Below, piece by piece: positions 1-9,364 of a DNA stretch of 64,000 nt. Below the pieces are notes generated by a model that was given only the letters and a program-made list of their open reading frames with translations, was not told where the DNA came from and did no database searches. A program made the translations under genes and the position numbers. The first letter of the stretch is position 1, and every line of letters starts with the position of its first letter. This stretch comes from Squalus acanthias (taxonomy: Eukaryota), in NCBI GenBank assembly GCA_030390025.1, contig CM059431.1, positions 133,426,001-133,490,000 on the forward strand. Reading direction: 5' to 3'.

Positions 1-1
1 A

Positions 2-1084
2 ACCATTAATCTGGGTCTGCAGCTCCACACTGTCTAGAGCGTTGACCACAGATGTACCTGTGTTAAAAGCAGTGAACGCGTCGTTCACTACACCCCTTCT
101 TTGCCTCCCTACTTGATCCAAAACTTCCTGTGGTGCGGTGTACAAACTTGTTTTATCAATTTCCGCGAAATCGAATTCGTAAAATTGTCTGAACATCTTG
201 GTCAACAGGACCTGATACAACTGTTCCGTCTTTTTGGGGCACCACTCTGGTAACCGCACCTCGGTGAGATTTAAAATCACCGAGGCCACCGCGTAATGTA
301 CCCCCTGGAATAGTATCTGGTCTGTGGGGACCAGTACCAAACCATTCCCGGGTCCCTTACTAGTTTTAGGGCACCCTTCCTCTTCAGCTAGAACCACCGG
401 AATCGTGGGCGGGGCTTTGCGTGGGCGCGTAATGAGTTCAGTGGCATTTACCGGGATCGAAGAGTATGGGGCTCCGCACCCCCTGGTGCTCGCATCCCAC
501 CTCATCCCCTGTCCGTTATCCTGCCATTGATTAATGAAAAATATGGAGATGCCTTTGGGGCAAGCGTACTTTGACCCCCACATGCATACATAAATTCCCT
601 CATCCGGTTCCCACCATTTGTCCCAACAGACTCTCACTTGTCCGTTTGTCCCCGTAATTGTCCGATGGGTATTATTACCCAGTCGTTCCCACTCGACCGA
701 AGAGTTCCTCATAGTTTTGCTCAGCTTTCGCAGCCACCACCATCGGCTCAATGGGACATTCCCATTACAAGTCAAACAAATCCGTTTGCCGACGGTGACG
801 CTGATCCTGGGTGCGATGATCCTTACTTTGGGGCACATTAAAGAAGTCTCTTGGTAGGCAAACCCCGATGTGCTGGAATACTCCGTTGAGTTCGTTCCCA
901 GCCATCCTGGCCACCTTCCCTTGTGGAAATAGGTGGTGGTCTCCTCAGCCTCCCGTCTTCCGGTCCCATCCACCGCGATGGGGGCCGTGTCCCCGGAGCA
1001 TCCAAACACCACGACATCCTTGGTGCGGCCTCGATAGGCCAATCCACATCCGATTGCCGCGAGCAATACTAGAATTCGTTCCAT
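2..1084 (-). CDS. env: Envelope glycoprotein, N-terminal 361 aa (runs off window edge)
   Basis: Manual translation, no stop from ATG 1084 to position 2. Signal peptide MERILVLLAAIGCGLA; N-glycosylation sequons (NST, NSS, NNT, NAT, NLT); Ig-like motifs; furin site RQRR (95-106) followed by GVVNDAFTAFNTGTSVVNALDSVELQTQING. Candidate splice acceptor ...ctatctgatcacAG at 1098-1099 just upstream of the ATG. Confidence 0.88.
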   Translation of the reverse strand, partial: MERILVLLAAIGCGLAYRGRTKDVVVFGCSGDTAPIAVDGTGRREAEETTTYFHKGRWPGWLGTNSTEYSSTSGFAYQETSLMCPKVRIIAPRISVTVGKRICLTCNGNVPLSRWWWLRKLSKTMRNSSVEWERLGNNTHRTITGTNGQVRVCWDKWWEPDEGIYVCMWGSKYACPKGISIFFINQWQDNGQGMRWDASTRGCGAPYSSIPVNATELITRPRKAPPTIPVVLAEEEGCPKTSKGPGNGLVLVPTDQILFQGVHYAVASVILNLTEVRLPEWCPKKTEQLYQVLLTKMFRQFYEFDFAEIDKTSLYTAPQEVLDQVGRQRRGVVNDAFTAFNTGTSVVNALDSVELQTQING

Positions 1085-1380
1085 CCTTCCTTGGTTCCTG
1101 TGATCAGATAGAATGAGGTAGCCAGCCTCGCAAGAGTCTCTGGCTTTTGTGAAGGGTGAGCGGGTCCCCTGACCTCGCCTCACGTAAACTTCAACGTTCG
1201 CTGAATAAACTTTAACTAGACCTATCTCTAAAGCTCCCATCATTTTATCATTTTCTGTTAAAATTAAACTACAAACTTAACCTTATTTAAAACTATAAAC
1301 TTATAACCTTAAACTATAAACTTAGAAACCTATCCTAAACTTATTACTGTACAGCGCCGCCCGTACTCAGGGCGGCCCCT

Positions 1381-4300
1381 TTAAATTCTGAGAAGGCTGC
1401 TGCGAGCTCTTCCCGACGGTGGGAGGGCACTGACCCTTTCCTTTGATCTGCCGCAGCCTGTTGCTGTTGCGATGGGACCGGATCCTATCTGGGCTGCCTT
1501 AACCTTAAGTCTGCGCCTTGGGGCAGTCTGGGGACATGACCACATCTTCCTGGGCTGGGGTGCCCGACCTGACCTACGAGGAGTTGTCGGGGGCATGAAC
1601 CCCAGGACCGACGGACCGGGTTCCGAGACTTCCACCGGGACGACCTGTGGTTCCACCACAGTCGCTGGCTCCGCCTCCGCTGACTCCGCCTCCCTAACCT
1701 CGGGACTTGCAGCTTGTGGCTCCGCCCTGCTCGGCCCAGCAGGCGGCCCTTCACTCGCGATCCCTGCCTCCCCCGAGGGCGGGACGTTCAAAGCGGGCGG
1801 CTCGGGCTCGGAGGTTCTCACCGTCACTCCCTGTGGTCTCACAGCGGCTGGCTCCGCCTCCCCTAGCTCCTCCCTCCTGTGTTCGGGACCTGCAGCCTCT
1901 GTGTCCACCCTGTGCGGATCTCCATCTGCAGCCCGTGTCCTCCCTATACCTAAAATGGGGGCGACCCTTTCGTTCCCCAAATCCCCCTCGTCTTCATCAC
2001 TATCCTCATCTGACTCGAGTTCCCGGAATTCTCCCTCATCTGACTCCCAACCCCACAAAAATGCTTCATGACTTTCCAGGATGTCTCCTCCCCTGATGCA
2101 AGCTGCTTTGCCTGCCTGTGTGCCTTGTGGTCCTACCTGGGGCTGCGAGTCCCCACTCGCAGGTTTTTCCCCTGTGGTTTTCCCTTGTGCACCTGGCTTG
2201 TACAGTTTGCACTGGTTTACGTGGAACCACTTAGTGCGCCGAGGTACCTTTACGGCGTATACCATGGGACTCGCCTTATCTACAATGTTGTAGGGTCCCA
2301 TATACAGTGGTTCCAGACTCCCTACTCTGGCGTAGTTTCTGACCATGACCTGGTCTCCTACTTCCCACTCCCGCGTTTTGCGGGGTTCCAGCAACAGGCG
2401 ATTGCCCTGATGCTGCCTTCCCATGTTCCCAGCCGCCTGCTCATACACCTGCTTCAGGCGCTCCAAGAGGGTCTGGGCGAACTTGTCCCTGCTTATCTCT
2501 TGGAGCTGGACCTCAGTGAGCACCGGCGCTAGCACATGGGTGGGGGTTCGCATGAGCCTCCCAGTCATCACCTCGTGCGGGGAATACCCCGTACTTTTCG
2601 ACTGACTGGCCCGGACCCCCATGAGGACTAAAGGCAGAACTTCCGCCCATTTTTGGGGCGAGTTCCTAGTCTCTTTCCTCAATTTCTCCTTCAGGGTCCG
2701 GTTCATGCGTTCAACAATCCCGGATGACTGGGGATTGTGTGCTACGTGCCACTTCCCTTCAATGCCCAAAAGCATGAGGGTGTTCTGCATCACCTGGCCG
2801 GTGAAATGGCTCCCTTGGTCTGACTCCACAAAACGGGGAAGTCCCCACCGCGAGAACACTTCCCTGACCAAGATTTTTGCAGTACCCAGTGCCGTAGCTG
2901 TTCGACAGGGGAAGGCTTCCACCCACTTGGAAAACACATCCACCAAGACGAGGCAGTATTTATAGCCTCCCTGGGTGGTGGGCAGGGGCCCTATATAGTC
3001 GATCTGTATCGACTGCCATGGTCCCTCTACCCTTCTTACGTGCCCCATGGGCACTTTCCTTTTCTGGGGGTCTGGGTTGTTTGCAGCACACACGAGACAG
3101 TTTGCACAGAACTCGCGGACCTGTTCCCTGAGCCCTGGCCACCATCCCGCTTGCTCTACCCGTTGCCAGGTAACCTCGGGCCCGGGGTGCCCTGCCCCTG
3201 GTCCCTCGTGAGCCAACTGGAGGAATTCCCTCCTGTGCTGCTGCGGCACAACCCACTGCTCCTCGCGGAACAGCATGCCTTCCTTAACTGAGAGGGTTGC
3301 CGTACTGTACGGACCCTCTACCTGCTTCCCCTCAGCAATGGTTTTTAGGACTGCTTTTAGGGCGGGATCCTGGTTCTGGACGGTCTTAAGGTCTAGGGGC
3401 AATGCTACCCTGGAGTTCCCGGGATTCCCGTCCCTGCCTTGGATCGCTGCCATGGGTCTGGTCCTATAGGGGTCCCAGAAAATGCCGTTGCGGGCACCTT
3501 CCCTGGCTAGCGCATCCGCCTGCTGGTTGCCCTCCCCACGGGGCTCTGTGGAGGAGTGAGCTTTCACCTTATGGATGAAAATCTCTCCTTCCTCCCCTAC
3601 TGCTGCTAGGATCTTTTCCAGCAAGGGCTTCACCGTTAAAGGTCGCCCGTCCGCGGAGGTGTATCCACGGCGGGACCAAATGGCCAGGTATTCCGTACAC
3701 GAATTGCAGGTGAACATACTGTCCGAGCAAATCGTGTATGGGGTTGGGAAAATGTCTGGGTGGGTAACAACGTACACCACGGCAGACAGCTCAGCCTGCT
3801 GCGCGCTCATGGTGCTAGGGAGCTTGATCGCCAGGGCAAGGTTTGCCGCAGGGTCATAAACTCCACACCCTGTGAGTCGTTCGCCAGCAGATACTGTGCT
3901 AGACCCATCAACATAAATCTCGCGCCCAGTGGGATGTATCCCGGCCCGCAAACCTATGTTGACGTCCCACACCCCTTCCACCGAACATCGGTGGGCTGTA
4001 CCGGGGTATACCAAATTGGCCGCAAGCCTGGGCTCGCAAAGACCTTTAACTCTAAGATCCATCTGGGAAAGAAGAAGGGTCCAGCGCGCAATACGCACGC
4101 TGCTTACGGTCCCATCTTTAATCCTCCCATCTAGAAGCATCTTAGTTGGCGTGTGATGGGTGAGGAGAGTGATGGGAGAGAGCCCTGTGAAGATCGCTGA
4201 TCTTTTCACAGCCCAATGCGTGGCTAAAAGGTGCCTTTCGCAATTGGAGAAACTTCTCTCCACATCCGTTAACACCCTGGATGAATAGACAACCGGCCTC

Positions 4301-5868
4301 AGCTTGCCGTGACGCTCTTGGAGCAGCACAGCGCTCAAGCTGTCTCCGCTGGCAGCTACCTCCAGGAAAAACTCCTTCCCCCCATCTATGGCCCCTAAGG
4401 CTGGCGCGGTCTGCAGATCCCTTTTTAACTTCTCGAAGGCTGCTTGGCAGCCCTCGTCCCAAGACCACTCCACTCCCTTATGGAGGAGTCGGAGGAGCGG
4501 CGCCGCTGTGGCCGCATAGTCTTCGATAAAATCCCTGCAGTAACCGGTCAGTCCCAAGAAGGACCTCACACCCCTTATGTTGTTGGGAATCGGTAACTCT
4601 TGCACCGACTCCCTCCTAGCTTTGTCTATGGCTCTTTCCCCAGCGCGAATGGTCAGTCCCAGGAATTTTACTTCCTGCTGACCGATACGTGCTTTCTTAG
4701 GATTTATTTTAAAACCCTTTCTCGCTAGCAGCTCCAATAACTCGTCCAGCAGTGGTCCATGCTCCTCCCTTGAATCCGTAAATAGGAGCAAATCATCCAC
4801 GTACTGCACTATCTGATTGGGCTGACTAAACTCCTTTAAACTTCCTGCCATACACTGATGGAAAATACTGGGGCTATTGTGGAAACCCTGTGGCAGACAG
4901 TTCCATGTGTACTGTTGTCCTTTGAAAGTAAAGGCAAACTTGTACTGGTCCTCTCGCCTCAGCGGGATGGACCAAAAACCGTTCGAGATATCCAACACCG
5001 TGAACGTGGTCGCGGACGCTGGGATACTCCCTATTAGGTCAGCAACTGCTGCTACCGTGGGCGCGCAGGCGGGAATGTTACTGTTAAGGACTCTGTAGTC
5101 CACCGTGGCTCTCCACGAATTATCCGGCTTCCTAACCGGCCATAATGGGGAGTTCACGTGTGTGGCTATCGGCCTCAACACGCCCTGCTGCACCAAGGAG
5201 GACATTGCTGTCTCCATATCGGGTTCTGCTTCTTTGGGGAAGTTATACTGTTTTTGGGGCCGGGTCATGGGGTCCCCATCTACGCTGACCTCAAACCCGG
5301 TAACCCTCCCACAATCGTGCTTGTGGGTTGCAAACGCGTGCATATTATCTGACACGTACGTTTGCATGTCCGTTGGGACACCTGCGACCATAAGCCCGAG
5401 GTCGTAGCCTCCGGATGGCTGCACGGTACACAGGACCCCTGTTTCTTCCTCCCCCGGAATCACTACTACCTCGCCTTTTTCACTCTTAGCCCCCCAGAGA
5501 CAGTGATTTCTGAGGTCCACGAGGATCCCGTGCCCTGATAGGAGATCGGACCCGAGGATACCTCTTCCACCCCCCTCCTGCCATTCCATCAGTATGCACT
5601 TCCACTTGAGGTGAAGTGCTCCCAAACGAATGGATAGCGGAAGGGAGAACGCGCCAGCCTGTTCTTTTCCCGTGAACCCCGCTAATGTGAATGGGACCTT
5701 GGTAGATAGCGGCGAGTCAAAAGGGCTATCTGTATGGATTATGGTGCAAGAAGCTCCCGTGTCCAACAAATAACTACCCTTCTGTTTCTCTACCTCCATC
5801 TCCACCAAAGGTCGCTTCCACGCATCATAGCTGAGCGGACACAGGTAGACGGGCTGCGCGGGCTCTAG
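1381..5868 (-). CDS. pol: Pol polyprotein: protease, RT, tether, RNase H, integrase, low-complexity tail
   Basis: LLDTGAS protease; LPQGFHNSP and YVDD RT; degenerate RNase H-like FFLEVAASG...SNCERHLLA; intact RNase H IYVDGSS/SAQQAEL/SDS/HKVKAH/GNQQAD; integrase H-H-C-C, QIDYIG, SDQGSHF, GIVERMN, GPY. Frame is open right up to the gag stop (ORF track starts at 5808). Confidence 0.96.
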   Translation of the reverse strand, partial: LEPAQPVYLCPLSYDAWKRPLVEMEVEKQKGSYLLDTGASCTIIHTDSPFDSPLSTKVPFTLAGFTGKEQAGAFSLPLSIRLGALHLKWKCILMEWQEGGGRGILGSDLLSGHGILVDLRNHCLWGAKSEKGEVVVIPGEEETGVLCTVQPSGGYDLGLMVAGVPTDMQTYVSDNMHAFATHKHDCGRVTGFEVSVDGDPMTRPQKQYNFPKEAEPDMETAMSSLVQQGVLRPIATHVNSPLWPVRKPDNSWRATVDYRVLNSNIPACAPTVAAVADLIGSIPASATTFTVLDISNGFWSIPLRREDQYKFAFTFKGQQYTWNCLPQGFHNSPSIFHQCMAGSLKEFSQPNQIVQYVDDLLLFTDSREEHGPLLDELLELLARKGFKINPKKARIGQQEVKFLGLTIRAGERAIDKARRESVQELPIPNNIRGVRSFLGLTGYCRDFIEDYAATAAPLLRLLHKGVEWSWDEGCQAAFEKLKRDLQTAPALGAIDGGKEFFLEVAASGDSLSAVLLQERHGKLRPVVYSSRVLTDVERSFSNCERHLLATHWAVKRSAIFTGLSPITLLTHHTPTKMLLDGRIKDGTVSSVRIARWTLLLSQMDLRVKGLCEPRLAANLVYPGTAHRCSVEGVWDVNIGLRAGIHPTGREIYVDGSSTVSAGERLTGCGVYDPAANLALAIKLPSTMSAQQAELSAVVYVVTHPDIFPTPYTICSDSMFTCNSCTEYLAIWSRRGYTSADGRPLTVKPLLEKILAAVGEEGEIFIHKVKAHSSTEPRGEGNQQADALAREGARNGIFWDPYRTRPMAAIQGRDGNPGNSRVALPLDLKTVQNQDPALKAVLKTIAEGKQVEGPYSTATLSVKEGMLFREEQWVVPQQHRREFLQLAHEGPGAGHPGPEVTWQRVEQAGWWPGLREQVREFCANCLVCAANNPDPQKRKVPMGHVRRVEGPWQSIQIDYIGPLPTTQGGYKYCLVLVDVFSKWVEAFPCRTATALGTAKILVREVFSRWGLPRFVESDQGSHFTGQVMQNTLMLLGIEGKWHVAHNPQSSGIVERMNRTLKEKLRKETRNSPQKWAEVLPLVLMGVRASQSKSTGYSPHEVMTGRLMRTPTHVLAPVLTEVQLQEISRDKFAQTLLERLKQVYEQAAGNMGRQHQGNRLLLEPRKTREWEVGDQVMVRNYARVGSLEPLYMGPYNIVDKASPMVYAVKVPRRTKWFHVNQCKLYKPGAQGKTTGEKPASGDSQPQVGPQGTQAGKAACIRGGDILESHEAFLWGWESDEGEFRELESDEDSDEDEGDLGNERVAPILGIGRTRAADGDPHRVDTEAAGPEHRREELGEAEPAAVRPQGVTVRTSEPEPPALNVPPSGEAGIASEGPPAGPSRAEPQAASPEVREAESAEAEPATVVEPQVVPVEVSEPGPSVLGFMPPTTPRRSGRAPQPRKMWSCPQTAPRRRLKVKAAQIGSGPIATATGCGRSKERVSALPPSGRARSSLLRI

Positions 5869-7677
5869 TCATTGGGTACTATTAGACGGTCCTGCGGCAC
5901 CTACGGGGCCGGTAGCAACCGCCACCTTTCCATGTGCACTCAATAATTTGCGCATGGCTCCCAACACTACTTCGAGGTCGTCGGGAGGGGTGGGTGCACT
6001 AGCTTCCCTAGCAGGGACAGGCGTCTGGGCTCGGGCTGCGGGAATTTTATCCCTGGAATCCTTCCAAGGGTTCCTGCAGTTCTTGCGCCAGTGCCCTGTC
6101 TTCCCACACCCGTAACAAGCATTACTTGCCTGCGGGGCGCGATTACCCTCCTGATGCCACTCCCTTTGATACGGGGCTGCGGGTCGTACCTCATGTACTT
6201 TTCCCTTAAGGGGACGTGTTCCCATACCCCTTATATTGCGATATCCTAACGTGAGTCGATTCAAGACCGACTCTTCCGTAATGTTGGGGTCATTGGGATC
6301 AAACCATGCTTTTGCCTGCTCTCTGACGGCTGGTAAACTGTTGGCTACTATGCACCTAAGCCAATGATTTAAACCGGCGCCGTCCATATCGTCGCGCTCT
6401 AGCGCACCTAGACAGCTGCGCTGATATACTGGCCACAGCCTGTCGGCAAAAACCTTCGGGGGTTCTCCCTCCATCTGCACTGTCTGTCCCACTCTAGCAA
6501 ACGGACCTTCATCGTCCGCCCCCAACACTTCCAGGACCTCATTCTTTAATGCCTCATAAGTCTTGGTTCCCCTCTTGCTCTCGCCCGAGAGACACTGAAG
6601 GATTGAACTGCCTAACGAAAACAACAGCATTTTTGCTGTTTCCCCATCATCGCAGCCGTTAATGGCTGCGGTTTGCTCAACTTCTCTGAAATGTACGGAA
6701 GGGTCGTCTAACTCGGTCAGCTTCCGTACATGATTTATCATAACTCTCAGCTGGTGTGAGCTGTGAGGCAACACAAGCTGGCCGAGGAGATCCCCTGGTT
6801 CCTCCCCACCGTTTCTGTTTGGGCCCCTTTTTATACCCGTTACTGGATACAACGGTCCCTTTTCCACTTCTTTCTCAATGGGCTCTTTCGTTTCTTCCAC
6901 TACTTCCTCCCTTACCCAGGTTTCCGAATAGCTGGGTGGCGCGGAGGGCGCAGTGGCTAATACTTCCTCTGCTTTACTTGGTGGGGACTTCTGAAACTCC
7001 TCTTTTACTAGCGGCTGGTGTGCTGACGGACTGATAAGGCACACCATGCCGTGCGCTTTGTTCACGGCCTTTTTGAGGTGCTCTATCTCTTTTTGGCAGG
7101 CGCTATGATCGGCTCCCTGAAACTTATCCTCAAGGGCCAACTTATATGCCGCCCTAACCCCCGTTAAGCTCTCTTCCTGAGTTCTTATCTGGGCAGCTTG
7201 GCGGGCACATCGTTCCTTTAATCTGCCCTCATTTAACTTTGCCTCAGTGACCTGGCACTCGAGGTAATCTATCCTTGTTTTATGGTGACTGGAGATTTCC
7301 TGGCGTTCTTGGTGCAGCGCACTTAAATTCCTAATGAGCAATTCCCCTCCAGAGACCTTCTCATCCATTTCTCCCTCTAAATGACTGATTCGAGCTGTTA
7401 GCGCTGTAATGACCTGGTTTGAAATCTGGACCTGCCTTTTGTAACACATTAGCCAGACTGCTTTCTCGAGTGTCTTTTTATGTTCTTTACTATCTGTCCA
7501 CCTTTCGGCTGCCTCTAGTGGACTTTTATCCGCTAACAATTCACTTATCCATTTCTTAGTTAGATTAACCTTTCCGAACACATAATCTGCTATCTTTTCC
7601 TGCATAACATTTCGTACAGTCACACCAAAGTCTAACACACTACCCTCTCGCTGCCAGTGTCCTGCCGCGGTCGCCAT
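5869..7677 (-). CDS. gag: Gag polyprotein, 602 aa
   Basis: ATG in good context (gaaaATGG); N-terminal coiled-coil-like region; PSAP/PPSY late-domain-like motifs; single CCHC knuckle CYGCGKTGHWRKNC; directly upstream of pol. Confidence 0.93.
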   Translation of the reverse strand: MATAAGHWQREGSVLDFGVTVRNVMQEKIADYVFGKVNLTKKWISELLADKSPLEAAERWTDSKEHKKTLEKAVWLMCYKRQVQISNQVITALTARISHLEGEMDEKVSGGELLIRNLSALHQERQEISSHHKTRIDYLECQVTEAKLNEGRLKERCARQAAQIRTQEESLTGVRAAYKLALEDKFQGADHSACQKEIEHLKKAVNKAHGMVCLISPSAHQPLVKEEFQKSPPSKAEEVLATAPSAPPSYSETWVREEVVEETKEPIEKEVEKGPLYPVTGIKRGPNRNGGEEPGDLLGQLVLPHSSHQLRVMINHVRKLTELDDPSVHFREVEQTAAINGCDDGETAKMLLFSLGSSILQCLSGESKRGTKTYEALKNEVLEVLGADDEGPFARVGQTVQMEGEPPKVFADRLWPVYQRSCLGALERDDMDGAGLNHWLRCIVANSLPAVREQAKAWFDPNDPNITEESVLNRLTLGYRNIRGMGTRPLKGKVHEVRPAAPYQREWHQEGNRAPQASNACYGCGKTGHWRKNCRNPWKDSRDKIPAARAQTPVPAREASAPTPPDDLEVVLGAMRKLLSAHGKVAVATGPVGAAGPSNSTQ

Positions 7678-7772
7678 TTTCTGTAAGGGTTTGCGTGCGT
7701 GTCTCTCAGCCTGTGAGATTCGCGTGGCTCTGTGCAGCCTGTATGTCAGTGCGGGTTTAGGCCTTGTTGCCT

Positions 7773-7811
7773 GTTCTGGTCTCCAGCCAGTCTGGGAACA
7801 CTAGACACACC
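7773..7811 (-). promoter_or_regulatory. Putative primer-binding region (imperfect, tRNA-Leu(CAA)-like)
   Basis: After the LTR end (...CACTCACA) the sense strand reads GGTGTgtctAGTG versus the Leu PBS TGGTGTCAGAAGTG. Plus-strand GTTCTGGTCTCC (7773-7784) matches the anticodon-stem/variable arm of vertebrate tRNA-Leu(CAA) as recalled from memory. Confidence 0.5.
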
Positions 7812-9364
7812 TGTGAGTGGTTCGAATCACTCGCCCTTACGGTTCTAGACACTGGACTTAGATGCGAGAGCAGTAATGGAGATGAAACTCATGTAGACTC
7901 GGTTGAATGGTACGAAATGGAAAATCTTTATTGCATAATATTCAAGATTACGAAATACATGTCATAAGCACAGATTAATGACAGTACAATCTTACACGCA
8001 GTTATGTAACTAATTCTAGGGAAACGAGGAACGAACGACACACCGTAAATGGGGGCACACATTACAATTATCCTTAGTACTTAAACCCTCCCCTATCAAT
8101 ATCTGTCCTAGCTAGATTCGTAGGATTCGAGACTCATGCTCACCACTCGTGATAACTCGGAGAAATTCCGAATAGCTGATCGGATGTTTTCACCGCAGCA
8201 CCCACGTGTCGATCAGGGGGTCTCCTGGCCCCACTTGTTTACTTGCTTCTGCTCCGGCTAGCAGGCTGGAACGTCTGTTGTTATGAAGATCTGTGTTTGT
8301 GGGTTTCACGTACCAGTCAACACTTAAGAGAATAATCTCTCGGTGTCGTCATGAGGATCTGCCCTGATGGGTTTCACAGACCAGTCAATACCTCAAAGAA
8401 GAATCTTCCGGGGTCCGTTCTTTAAAGTTCAAAGAAGTCTTCCTGGCAAGGAAAATTGTCTATTCGACCTACAGGCGCGGTCGGGGCTTACTGACCGTGG
8501 CGATAAGTATGGTCTTCGTCTCTTCTCATCTCATCTCATCTCTTCTCGGGCCTTTGGTTCCGATGCCGGTTACCAACACAGGTCTTCGTGACACGACACG
8601 AGGTAGATCCGAACGGATCACAAAGTTCAACAGTCTTTTAAAAGAGACACCAGGCAAACAGGAACAAGACGGCGAGTCAAGAACACAGGAGCAGCCACGA
8701 GGATGAACACCAGCAAGATAAGAGGATAAGAGAAAGATGGACGGTTTGGGGCTTGCAATTATAGTGCAAAATCTTCCGTTTCCCGCCCAACCTTAATGTC
8801 TTTTCTTTTGTTTGGGTTTGGCGCTCAAATGTCTTGTATAGGTGATCTCCGTTTTTAATGGGTTTCGGGGCTACTCGTAAATGTCTGAGTACCTGTTAAT
8901 ATTTCTCCCATTGTTTAATCGGTCGGTGTTCTCCCTGGAGGGGTTTTGGGGCCTCCAAGTGTTTTCTGTAACTACCCGCTAACGGCTCTCTCATCGTAGA
9001 GTCGTTGGGATTTTACATATTAATGTCTTTGGATGGGCCCTTGATTACTTGGTACAATAGCCTTTATTCGTACCCGGGAGACCGATTTCAGTATCTATGT
9101 GTATACTGCAAACCCATGATGTCTCGTGTATTATCTTCAATGTGCTGAATCCCAATCGGTCTTGTACAAATGTTTATTGGAACGCCATCCTGTCTGCCTG
9201 TCGAAAAGTCCAGAATGTTCCGCCACGAGGTGCGGCGGCCATTTTACAAGCTGCCTGTGTCCACTTTGAAACCTGACAGCATTCTGCTGAAATAAAAGCT
9301 GTTTGAACGAAACTATGTGTTTTCTCCTTATTTAATAAAATCGCGATATATTGCGAATTCTACA
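7812..9364 (-). repeat. 5' LTR (~1.55 kb); inner boundary inferred
   Basis: TG at 9364 and CA at 7812; TATAA-like box near 8758-8763; AATAAA at 7927-7932 (sense); terminal hairpin then ACA. The 3' LTR is not in the window, so the inner end is unconfirmed (alternatives 7863 or 7892). Confidence 0.7.

Larger units (their letters stand above)
1..9364 (-). mobile_element. Endogenous retrovirus-like provirus (lokiretrovirus-like): LTR-gag-pol-env, 3' part outside window
   Basis: Open gag, pol and env frames in retroviral order. Pol has a degenerate RNase H-like tether plus a second intact RNase H. LTR starts TGTAGA at 9364 and abuts a CR1 fragment. Lineage assignment is inference from domain architecture. 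Confidence 0.9.

Noticed and set aside
1472..5407. Plus-strand ORFs overlapping pol
   Set aside because: Antisense shadows of a GC-rich coding frame with no recognisable motifs.
7812..7860. tRNA gene or tRNA-derived SINE (GGTTCGAATC B-box)
   Set aside because: No cloverleaf or correctly placed A-box; better explained as the LTR U5/primer-interaction motif.
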